Source: Acidimicrobiia bacterium (GTDB lineage Bacteria > Actinomycetota > Acidimicrobiia > Spongiisociales > ZC4RG35). From it: a stretch of DNA of 64,000 nucleotides. Under the pieces are notes generated by a model, which did not search any database, was not told the DNA's origin, and worked only from the letters and a program-made list of their open reading frames with translations. Position numbers and translations under genes: made by a program. How positions within the stretch are numbered: position 1 is the stretch's first letter; each line of letters starts with the position of its first letter. The stretch lies in the NCBI GenBank assembly GCA_965214265.1, contig CBDCBK010000010.1, positions 537,369 through 601,368 of the forward strand, written 5' to 3'. Shown here piece by piece: positions 27,684 to 36,147 of the stretch.

Positions 27684-29929
27684 GCGTCGGACGGTCGTCG
27701 CCGAGACGCGACGCCCTCTCCAAGACAACGGGCGAGGCGCTCTACCCGGCGGACCTCTACCGACCCGATGCCCTTTACGCCAAGGTGGTGTTCAGTGGTC
27801 GGCCCCATGCCCGCATGGTGGCGATGGATGTCTCCGGGGCTCTGGCCGCGCCGGGAGTGGTGGAGGTGATTACTGCCGCCGACGTGCCCGTCAACGAATA
27901 CGGGTTGACCCGTTTCGATCAGGCGGTGCTGGTGGGGCCGGGAGGAACGGGCCGGAGCGCGGTTCCTGCCGAAATCAGCCGTTGGGAGGGAGATCAGATC
28001 GCGGTGGTGGTGGCCGAGACCCGCCGGGAGGCGGAGGGGGGGGCGGAGCGGCTCCGGGTCGAATGGGAGGACCTTCCCCTGGTCCCCGATGTGGAGGCGG
28101 CTCGGACCGACTCGGTGCTGGTGCATCCTGAGAACGGTTTGGGTACCAACATCTACAAGCAGCTCAAGTTTCGGGTGGGGAATATGGAAGAGGGATGGCG
28201 GGCGGCGGAGGTGGAGGTGAGCGGTACTTATGTGCTTCCGCATCAGGAGCACGCTTACCTCCAGCCGGAGGCGGCCCTGGCCTATTTCGATTCCCAGGAC
28301 CGGATCACCGTGGAGATCGCCGGGCAGTGGACCTATGAGGACCGGGAGCAGATCGCCCACGCCTTGGATGTGGATCCTGAGCGGATCAGGGTGATCTACC
28401 CGGCCATCGGTGGAGCGTTCGGAGGCCGAGAGGACATGTCACTTCAGATCGTGATGGCCCTGGCGGTCCGGAAGCTGGCCCGAAGGGGCATTCACCGGCC
28501 GGTGAGGGCAGTGTGGTCGCGTGAAGAAAGCATTGTCGGTCACCACAAGCGGCACCGGGCGGTTATCCACGCTCGCTGGGGCGCCACCCGGCAAGGCCGG
28601 CTGACCGTGGTGGAAACCGAAGGCTGGCTGGACGCCGGGGCGTACAACTACACCTCCGACAAAGTGCTGGGCAACATGCATCTGTGCTCGGTGGGGCCCT
28701 ATCGGGTGCCCAACTTGTGGGTGGACTCCCGGGCGGTATACACCCACTCGGTCCCCGGCGGCGCCTTTCGGGGCTTCGGAGCACCGCAGGGCGCCATGGC
28801 CGCCGAAGGGCAGATGAACCGCCTGGCGGCGGAACTGGGCATGGACCCGGTTGCCCTGCGCCTTCTCAACTGTTACCGGGAGGGGGATGTGGGCGCTTGG
28901 GGAACGGTCGTCCCACCGGTGGTGAGCCTTCCCGAGGTCATCGAAGCCTGCTCCGACCGGGCGGGGTGGGGAGATCCCCCGAGGTCTGATATATCCCCGT
29001 TCCCCGTGTTTCGATCCCTGCCTCCCGACTCGGGCCGCCAGCGCCGGGGACGGGGGTTCGCCTGTGGGTTGAAGAATGTTGGTTTTTCCTTCGGGTTCCC
29101 CGAGCGGTGCGAGGCCACCGTCGAGCTGTGGGGGGACGAGGAAGTGGAGCGGGTGGTGCTGTATCACGGCGGAGCAGAGGTGGGACAGGGCGCCCACACC
29201 GCCTTCGCGCAAATGGCTGCGGAGGCGGCCGGAGTGGATGTCGGGATGGTGGAGACCCAGTATTCCGACACTGCCCACACCGGCGACTCGGGATCGGCTT
29301 CCGCATCCCGGCTGACCTGGATGGCTGGCAACTCCATCCTGGGCGCTACCGAGGAGGCCCAGAAACGATGGCTGGATGGAGATCGGCCTGCTCTCGGCAG
29401 ATTTCGGTTCGTTCCCCCGCCCACCGAGACCTTCGATCCCCAGACCGGCGCGGGGGAGCTCAACTTCGCCTACGGGTGGATGGCGGAGGCGGTGGAGGTG
29501 GTGGTGGACCTGGACACCGGGCACCTGAAGGTGGAATCGGTGGTCTGCGCGGTGGATGTGGGAAGGGCTGTCAATCCGGGATTGGTGAAGGGGCAGATAG
29601 AGGGAGCGGTGGCGCAGGCCCATGGCTACGCGATCACCGAGCGGCTGCTGACAGAGGATGGGAAGATCCTCAATCCCCACCTGAGCACCTATCTGATTCC
29701 GGGGATCGGGGACATCCCCGAGCGGGTGGAGAGCGTCATCCTGGAGATCCCCGACCCGAGAGGCCCATGGGGCGTTCGGGGAATGGCGGAGATGCCCTTC
29801 ATCCCGCTGGCGCCGGCAATTTCCGCCGCCCTGTTCGACGCGGTGGGAGTATGGTTCGACGAGCTTCCTCTCACTCCCGGAGAGGTGGCAGCGGGTTTGC
29901 GATCCAAAAAAACAATGCCCTTTTGGTAA
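27680..29929 (+). CDS. xanthine dehydrogenase family molybdopterin-binding large subunit
   Basis: GEALYPADL...GFGAPQG...Ald_Xan_dh C-terminal motifs (GQGAHTAF, AVDVGRAVNP). The GTG start overlaps the upstream stop. ~750 aa. Confidence 0.85.
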   Translation: MSVGRSSPRRDALSKTTGEALYPADLYRPDALYAKVVFSGRPHARMVAMDVSGALAAPGVVEVITAADVPVNEYGLTRFDQAVLVGPGGTGRSAVPAEISRWEGDQIAVVVAETRREAEGGAERLRVEWEDLPLVPDVEAARTDSVLVHPENGLGTNIYKQLKFRVGNMEEGWRAAEVEVSGTYVLPHQEHAYLQPEAALAYFDSQDRITVEIAGQWTYEDREQIAHALDVDPERIRVIYPAIGGAFGGREDMSLQIVMALAVRKLARRGIHRPVRAVWSREESIVGHHKRHRAVIHARWGATRQGRLTVVETEGWLDAGAYNYTSDKVLGNMHLCSVGPYRVPNLWVDSRAVYTHSVPGGAFRGFGAPQGAMAAEGQMNRLAAELGMDPVALRLLNCYREGDVGAWGTVVPPVVSLPEVIEACSDRAGWGDPPRSDISPFPVFRSLPPDSGRQRRGRGFACGLKNVGFSFGFPERCEATVELWGDEEVERVVLYHGGAEVGQGAHTAFAQMAAEAAGVDVGMVETQYSDTAHTGDSGSASASRLTWMAGNSILGATEEAQKRWLDGDRPALGRFRFVPPPTETFDPQTGAGELNFAYGWMAEAVEVVVDLDTGHLKVESVVCAVDVGRAVNPGLVKGQIEGAVAQAHGYAITERLLTEDGKILNPHLSTYLIPGIGDIPERVESVILEIPDPRGPWGVRGMAEMPFIPLAPAISAALFDAVGVWFDELPLTPGEVAAGLRSKKTMPFW

Positions 29930-30041
29930 TAGAGCGGCAAGACTGGTATATATTTAGGGCTGGAGGTCGGTTAGTCTGCCGACACAAGCCACTTTTTAGT
30001 CGAGTGCCGTTGGCCCGACGAGCAAGCGGAAGGAAAACAAA

Positions 30042-31832
30042 ATGAGAAAACTGAAATTAGCCATTGCCTTGATGGCTGTCTTGGCGTTGTTGGCTGCGGC
30101 CTGCGGCGGCGATGACGGCGCAGGGGATACGGCTGCTGCGGATGCTGCTGCGGCGGCTGCCGAAGCCGAAGCCGTTGAGGCTCAGGCTGCTGCGGATACG
30201 GCTCAGGCTGCTGCGGATACGGCGCAGGCTGCTGCGGATACGGCGCAGGCCGAGTTGGAAGCCACGCAGGCCGAGTTGGAAGCTACCCGCGCTGCTGCGG
30301 CGGCCGGTGATGCGGACGCGCAGGCGATGTTGGAGGCTGCTGAGGCCGAGGCTGCCACTCAGGCTGCTGCTGCGGCGGCTGCCGAGGCTGCTGCGGAGGC
30401 TGCTGCAATGGAAGCCGATGATGCCCAGAAGGCACTGGCAGAGTCGACGATGGTGGATGCCCCCGAGGTCCGGGAAGCCGAGGTTGCTATGGGTTTCAAC
30501 GCCTGTTGCGCCGATTCGGCCTTTTGGCAGATTCCCGTCGATTTGGGCTGGTGGGATGATTTGAACATAACCATCGTCCCCAACTCGCCTACCTATCACT
30601 ACTTCACCGCCAGCGCCGACGCCATCGCCTGGTTGCGAAACGGTGAAGGCAACGTGGCCCCTGGCTGGGTGCCGGGACTGTTCGGGTCCTTGGAGACCTT
30701 TGGTCAGGAAATCCCACCGATCTTCTTCGCGGACATCTATGTCGGCTATGCCATCCTGGTAGCGCCTGACAGCGATTCGAAGACTGTTATGGAGTTCGTG
30801 GAGGAAGGTATGTCCTTCCCGGACGCGGCCTTGGCGGCCGTGCAGCAGCTGGTCGGCGAAGTTGTCCACATTCCGCCGCACAGCACACAGCAGGCCCAGT
30901 ACACGAACGCGTTCTTCGCCTATCTGCCCGAGTGGTGGGAGGCTTACCAGGAAGACATTTCCGCTTTGGACGGTGAAGGCAACCCCTTGGTGTTGCTGGG
31001 CCGCGACGGCGCGCCACTCCTGGACGATGACGGCAACGTTCAGCCGATTCGCATTACGACCAACGACTGGCGCAATTACGCCAATCCTCAGTACGTTGAT
31101 GATCCCACGATTGTGCAGCTTTCGGCTGTTCCGGGCCGGATCGAGTACGCCATGCCCTATGGCGCTCCGACCCTGGTGCAGATGATGCGCAACGGTTGGG
31201 ATCCGCTGATCAACTTCGGGATGATGATCGAGCACGACCCGTTCTCCCAGCAGACGGCCATCGCCAGCTCCACCACAGGCGGCATCGGCCTATTGGCCAA
31301 CCGCGAGTGGGTGGAGGCGAACAAGGACCTGGCCTATCGGACACTTTCTATCGGCTTTCGGACCTTCGAGTTCCTCGAGGATCCCGAGACCCAGTACCAG
31401 GGGTGGGAGATCGAGGCCAATCTCATCAACGAGAAGCGCCAGTTGAGCATGGAGCCCGAGGACATCGGAATCATCTGGACGACCATCGACCCGTCGTTCA
31501 CCTGGGAGGACCAGGAGGCCCTTTGGGACTTGAGCCTGCCCAGCTACCACCCAGAGACGGTGTTCAGGACCCAGGTGGAACTTCTGAAGGCCAAGGGAGT
31601 CCTGTCTGCGACCTATGACACGCAGGCTGGGCTCGAGCAGTTCTTGTTGGCCCAAGAGCTCTACTATGACATGAAGGGCATGCAGGACCGTTCCGACGTT
31701 CTCTTCGCTAGGACTGAGGGATTGGATCTTTCCGATAGCCAGTCCGCTTTGGTCGAGCAGGCGCAGGCCTACTATGACATCTATGACTTCTATGACGCTG
31801 AGCGCTTCTTGGAGGCTGCCCTTATTGGGTAA
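30042..31832 (+). CDS. ABC transporter substrate-binding lipoprotein (NitT/TauT, NMT1/SsuA-like) with ~130-aa Ala/Glu-rich N-terminal linker, copy 1
   Basis: MRKLKLAIALMAVLALLAAACGG is a lipobox. The low-complexity AAADTAQ/ELEATQA linker is followed by a periplasmic binding domain. Permease and ATPase genes lie downstream. Confidence 0.75.
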   Translation: MRKLKLAIALMAVLALLAAACGGDDGAGDTAAADAAAAAAEAEAVEAQAAADTAQAAADTAQAAADTAQAELEATQAELEATRAAAAAGDADAQAMLEAAEAEAATQAAAAAAAEAAAEAAAMEADDAQKALAESTMVDAPEVREAEVAMGFNACCADSAFWQIPVDLGWWDDLNITIVPNSPTYHYFTASADAIAWLRNGEGNVAPGWVPGLFGSLETFGQEIPPIFFADIYVGYAILVAPDSDSKTVMEFVEEGMSFPDAALAAVQQLVGEVVHIPPHSTQQAQYTNAFFAYLPEWWEAYQEDISALDGEGNPLVLLGRDGAPLLDDDGNVQPIRITTNDWRNYANPQYVDDPTIVQLSAVPGRIEYAMPYGAPTLVQMMRNGWDPLINFGMMIEHDPFSQQTAIASSTTGGIGLLANREWVEANKDLAYRTLSIGFRTFEFLEDPETQYQGWEIEANLINEKRQLSMEPEDIGIIWTTIDPSFTWEDQEALWDLSLPSYHPETVFRTQVELLKAKGVLSATYDTQAGLEQFLLAQELYYDMKGMQDRSDVLFARTEGLDLSDSQSALVEQAQAYYDIYDFYDAERFLEAALIG

Positions 31833-31874
31833 GCTTTCGGTAGCGATTGGCTAGTAGGTAAATAGAGATGCTCC

Positions 31875-31917
31875 GAGCGCGGGGCAGGACGGTAAAACCC
31901 GTCCTGCCCCGCGCTTC
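31875..31917 (+). terminator. GC-rich hairpin between SBP and permease genes (intra-operon attenuator/terminator)
   Basis: gagcgcggggcaggacgg-taaaac-ccgtcctgccccgcgcttc is a perfect 18-bp stem. It is conserved, with a different loop, at 37978..38017. Confidence 0.6.
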
Positions 31918-31959
31918 GGCCTGTAGGTAAGGACCGCGAGGGCGAGGAAGAGAGATACA

Positions 31960-32910
31960 GTGACCACCACAAGCACCGATGTTCTTGATGTGAGAGCGGC
32001 GGCGCATCGTGAAAAGCGGCGCCGCCAGATTGCCTATAGCATCTATCTGGTCCTCGGGTTAATGCTGTTTTTGCTGTTTTGGCAGTTGCTGGCCTCGCCT
32101 TTTTCGCCTTTTTTCTATCTCGTACCGCCGCCCATTGATGCCGTCAGGCACTTCGGGGAGAACCTGTTTTTCAGTCAGCGGATGTTGGAGCGGTATGTTC
32201 ATGCTTGTCCGGATCTGTTGGACGAGTTGGAGTTGACGGGGGGAGGGATGTTCGATCTTCCCGATCGCTGTTTTGGGTATATTCTGCATTTGGTGCGGAC
32301 TACCCGCAATATCATGATCGCAGTTACGCTGGGGACGGTGGTTGGTTTGTCGGTGGGGCTGAGCAGTTTGGTTTTCCCGAAGATCGCGGATGTGGTGACG
32401 CCGATTGCTGGTTTTTTTGGGACTACCCCGATTTTCATAGCGGCGCCTTTTTTCGTGATCTGGTTCGGGATCGAGTATCCCTTGATGACCACCATCGGGG
32501 TGGTTGTTTTCTACACCACCCTTCTCATGTATTTCTTTAGCCGCCGGGCGGCGGAGAATATACCGGTGGGGATCATTGAGTCAGCCCTCACCCTGGGGGG
32601 AGACCGCCGTACTATTTTCCGGTGGGTGTATTTGCCGGGGACGATACCCGAGATCGCGGGAGGCTTTCGTATCGCGTTGGCCGGCGCCTGGGGACTGGGT
32701 ACGCTGGTGGAGGTGCTGGGAATACAGATGGGAGGAGGATTTCTTATTCGTATGTGGAGCTTTGCGATGGGCCTTTTGGAGGGGCCGGCCGCGGTGGTTT
32801 CACTGATTCTTTTCTTCGGTGTGTTGGCTGTGGTAGTCGACGGTATCTTGGTGCTGTTTATCCGTTTCGTCACCAAGTGGTCCGAGGCCGGTCGCCGGCT
32901 GGGTTTGTAG
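31960..32910 (+). CDS. ABC transporter permease (NitT/TauT family, TauC/SsuC-like), copy 1
   Basis: Six TM helices. ESALTLGGDRRTIFRWVYLPGTIPEI matches the EAA-loop motif. Confidence 0.85.
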   Translation: MTTTSTDVLDVRAAAHREKRRRQIAYSIYLVLGLMLFLLFWQLLASPFSPFFYLVPPPIDAVRHFGENLFFSQRMLERYVHACPDLLDELELTGGGMFDLPDRCFGYILHLVRTTRNIMIAVTLGTVVGLSVGLSSLVFPKIADVVTPIAGFFGTTPIFIAAPFFVIWFGIEYPLMTTIGVVVFYTTLLMYFFSRRAAENIPVGIIESALTLGGDRRTIFRWVYLPGTIPEIAGGFRIALAGAWGLGTLVEVLGIQMGGGFLIRMWSFAMGLLEGPAAVVSLILFFGVLAVVVDGILVLFIRFVTKWSEAGRRLGL

Positions 32911-32923
32911 GCAAGGAGGAACT

Positions 32924-33703
32924 ATGTCGTCAACTGTTGTGAGCTTTGAGAATCTGTGGTGTGTGTTCGAGCACCGATCCGGGCAATTGGTGCATGCCCT
33001 TGAGGATGTCAATTTCCATGTCGATCCCGGCGAGTTTGTGTGTGTCGTGGGGAGGTCTGGGCACGGTAAGACCACTCTGCTGAGGGTGCTGGCCGGGCTT
33101 CAGCCTCCTACCGCCGGTGAGGTGAAGCTGGGCGACACTCCCGTGACGGGGCCGGGTAGCGACCGGGCCATGGTTTTTCAGCAGGACACGGTGTTTCCTT
33201 GGTTGCATGTCCGCGAGAACGTTGAATTCGGTCTCAGGGCTAACAAGCTTCCCGAGGACGAGCGGAACGAGATCACCAATTACTGGTTGTCGGCGGTGGG
33301 ACTGGAGGAGTTCGCTGACTCTTGGCCGCGGGAGCTTTCTGGGGGCATGAGAAAGCGGGTGGCCTTGGCGGCGGCGATGGCGGTGGGCTCGGATGTTGTG
33401 CTCATGGATGAGCCTTTTGGGTCTGTTGACTATTTCACGCGCCGTAATCTTCATGAGGTTCTTTTGAATTTGTGGTTTGAGACCAAGAAGACCATCTTCT
33501 TTGTCACCCATGACATTGAGGAGGCGCTGATTCTTGCTGACCGGGTGATCCTCTTGGCTGAGGGCAAGTTGGTGGACGACATCGCGGTTTCTCTCCCTCG
33601 TCCTCGTAACGAGGATGTCCGGGCCACCCCTGAGGCGGTGGGTGTGTTCAAGCTGATCTTGGCGCATCTGGGTATCACCGAGGAGGAGGCGACGAAGGTT
33701 TGA
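32924..33703 (+). CDS. ABC transporter ATP-binding protein (NitT/TauT family), copy 1
   Basis: GRSGHGKTTLLR (Walker A), LSGGMRKRVALAAA (signature), VLMDEPFGSVD (Walker B) and FVTHDIEEA (H-loop). Confidence 0.9.
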   Translation: MSSTVVSFENLWCVFEHRSGQLVHALEDVNFHVDPGEFVCVVGRSGHGKTTLLRVLAGLQPPTAGEVKLGDTPVTGPGSDRAMVFQQDTVFPWLHVRENVEFGLRANKLPEDERNEITNYWLSAVGLEEFADSWPRELSGGMRKRVALAAAMAVGSDVVLMDEPFGSVDYFTRRNLHEVLLNLWFETKKTIFFVTHDIEEALILADRVILLAEGKLVDDIAVSLPRPRNEDVRATPEAVGVFKLILAHLGITEEEATKV

Positions 33704-34920
33704 ACCAGCCTGCCCGCTTCCGAAGCCTTTATTGGATTGGATGGCTGATTTGGGCTGTCTTCCTGGCTCCTTGGTTGCTCATTCAACTGCCTGAAAGTCT
33801 TCCCTTCGTTTCCTGGACACATGGGGATGGTGTGATCAACGTCACGTGGTCGTACCTCGTTTCTTGGCCGGTTTTGTTGCTGGTCTGGCCGGTTGTGTTC
33901 CGCCCGAGTGGGGTCAAGAACCGCCTGGTCAAGATGGGACAGGGGATAGCGGCGGGGCCGGCGATGCTGTTGGCCGGTATGCGCCGCAGCCCGCTCTTCT
34001 TCATCTCCTGGGCGGTGTTGCTGCTAGCGTGGCAAGTGGCGTCTTACATTGCGCCTACGGGAATCCTCGAGCACCCCCTGGTTCCCGGATGGGACTACGT
34101 GTTCGGTGAATCCCTCTCCAGAATGTCCGGGGACTGGACCGTCCTTGGGTTTGACCTCGGGTTTGTAAATTTCCAGGTCGCGGACCTGGCGCCTTATCCC
34201 GCCTATGGCGGAGAGGGGACCGTGCCGGCCATTTTCCTCGCCATCGCTTTTCACTCGGGCGTGACCCTTTTCCGGCTGATGTGTGGCATGTCGATCGGTT
34301 TCACGCTCGGTCTCCTGACCGGATTGGCCATTCCCTATTGGCCGGCGCTGCGCCAGTCCGCTTGGGCGCCCATGAACTTTCTGCGGATGATCCCCCTCCT
34401 GGCGGCGATTCCCTGGTTGCAGTTTGCCCTGGGCTCCACCCTCTTTGGTATCACCATCTATATTGCATTCGGGGTTTGGACGACGCTGGTGGTGGCCACT
34501 ATGAACTCGGTGGCCAACGTGCCTGACCGGTACATCGAGAGCGCCCGTACCCTGGGCGCGTCCCGCCCGTGGACCTATTTCAAGGTGATAGTGCCGGGGT
34601 CGATTCCCGAGTTGCGCACCGCCATGTTGCTCGCCATGGGAGGGAGCTGGTCGCTGGCCATTGCCGCCGAGTTCCTGGGTTTCCCCACCGGGCTGGGATA
34701 TATGGCAGCGGTGGCGGTGCAGGAAACCAACACCGCCCGGCTGGTGATAGTGGCGTTTGTCGTGGCTGGTTATTCTCTCACGACCTTCTACTTGCTCAAC
34801 GAAGGATTCAAAAAAGCGGTTAGTTGGATGCCACAGCGCGCCACCGGGAAGACGGATATCAGCAGGGTGGCCGGGGCGGCCGGAGCGGGGGGCCGCGCGG
34901 AAACCCTAGAGGGCGGATAA
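33700..34920 (+). CDS. second ABC transporter permease (NitT/TauT family) with ~150-aa N-terminal extension, copy 1
   Basis: ESARTLGASRPWTYFKVIVPGSIPEL matches the EAA-loop. Multi-TM. Translationally coupled to the ATPase by a 4-bp overlap. Confidence 0.8.
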   Translation: MNQPARFRSLYWIGWLIWAVFLAPWLLIQLPESLPFVSWTHGDGVINVTWSYLVSWPVLLLVWPVVFRPSGVKNRLVKMGQGIAAGPAMLLAGMRRSPLFFISWAVLLLAWQVASYIAPTGILEHPLVPGWDYVFGESLSRMSGDWTVLGFDLGFVNFQVADLAPYPAYGGEGTVPAIFLAIAFHSGVTLFRLMCGMSIGFTLGLLTGLAIPYWPALRQSAWAPMNFLRMIPLLAAIPWLQFALGSTLFGITIYIAFGVWTTLVVATMNSVANVPDRYIESARTLGASRPWTYFKVIVPGSIPELRTAMLLAMGGSWSLAIAAEFLGFPTGLGYMAAVAVQETNTARLVIVAFVVAGYSLTTFYLLNEGFKKAVSWMPQRATGKTDISRVAGAAGAGGRAETLEGG

Positions 34921-35010
34921 GGCCAGCGCCGCGGAATCAGCGTTCGCGGTTGGGTGCCGCGTCGGGATTGACCATCCTGGTTTTTCCCTGCATGTGAGGT
35001 TGCCGGCCCG

Positions 35011-35916
35011 GTGCTGACCGGCATCGTCTTCGGGTTTATCACGGCGGTGACGCTGGGGATCAACCTTCTGCTCACTGCCGTGGTGGCCCGGCGCTTCGGC
35101 GTGCTGCGCTCCACTACCGCCACTCTGAGCCTGGCCCTCTTGGTGATGGTCGCCTGGGCACTCCTCATCGACGTGCCGTTCGAAATCACCACTGACCAAC
35201 TTGTATTACTGGCCTTCTTGGGCTCCTGTGCCGGCGGAGCGTTCCTGTGCGGCTACACGGCCCTCCGACTCGGTCCGATCTCGGTGGTGAGTCCGATCGG
35301 CGCTCTGGGGGGCGCCATGACGGTGGTCTTCTCATTCTGGTTGCTGGGGGAAAGACCCGGCGCGGTGCAGTGGGCGGGAATACCGATCGCCGTACTGGGA
35401 GCGGTATTGGCATCCGTGGTGATCAAGCGCGGAGTCAAGATTCGACTGGTCACCTGGGGGCCGGTCTTCGCCATGATCGGCGTGTTTGTGGGATCGCTCT
35501 CCAACGCCGGCCTGAAGATCCCCATCAGGGATGGACTCGACTCCAACCTGACCGTCATCACCCAGCGGGTCTACACGGTGGCTTACGTCGCTCTGGTGTT
35601 GGTGATTGTCACCCGGGTGACAGAACAGCGTCGCCGAAGGGGAGACCCCCGGTACGCGGGGAGCCACCCGGTGAAGATTACCTGGAAAACAGGATGGCTG
35701 CTGGGCGTGGTGGGAGTGATCGACGCCGTCTCCTTCATATCATTCGGATACGGTTTGGCGTATGCTCCAGCCTGGCTGATCGGGATCATCTCCCAAAGCG
35801 GACGGATAATAGCCGTGATCGGCGGGGTGATATTCTTCAAAGAACGACTTCAATCCCTGCAGTGGACAGGCATAGCCCTGGTAACGGTCGGCGTGGCCAT
35901 GTCCGTCGCCGGCTAG
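35011..35916 (+). CDS. EamA/DMT-superfamily transporter (10 TM), paralog 1
   Basis: Two EamA halves. GTG start. Preceded by an overlapping 7-codon uORF at 34994..35017. Confidence 0.8.
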   Translation: MLTGIVFGFITAVTLGINLLLTAVVARRFGVLRSTTATLSLALLVMVAWALLIDVPFEITTDQLVLLAFLGSCAGGAFLCGYTALRLGPISVVSPIGALGGAMTVVFSFWLLGERPGAVQWAGIPIAVLGAVLASVVIKRGVKIRLVTWGPVFAMIGVFVGSLSNAGLKIPIRDGLDSNLTVITQRVYTVAYVALVLVIVTRVTEQRRRRGDPRYAGSHPVKITWKTGWLLGVVGVIDAVSFISFGYGLAYAPAWLIGIISQSGRIIAVIGGVIFFKERLQSLQWTGIALVTVGVAMSVAG

Positions 35917-36147
35917 GACCGCTACCACAAAGAGGGCGAACGCTATTCCGTTCTTCCTCTTCGGGGTCCCCTCTCCTCTATGACGACCCGCGCCCCGACC
36001 ACTGCTGTTGGAAAGTTGTTATCGACGAGCTTCCTCACCCCTGGAGAGGAAGCAGCGGGTTTGCGATCCAAAAAATAATGCCCTATTGGTAACAGAACGC
36101 CAAGAGTTGAGTATATTTGAGGTTCAAGCGAGCGGAAGGAAAACAAA

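Larger units (their letters stand above)
29862..35995. repeat. segmental tandem duplication, unit 1 (~6.1 kb: XDH 3' tail + SBP + permease + ATPase + permease2 + EamA)
   Basis: Co-linear with 36017..42025 at 80-100% identity. The junction lies within the last ~70 bp of the XDH large-subunit gene. Confidence 0.85.

Noticed and set aside
28439-29680. 413-aa minus-strand ORF inside the XDH large-subunit gene
   Set aside because: Antisense shadow ORF. The plus-strand product has unmistakable Ald_Xan_dh motifs.
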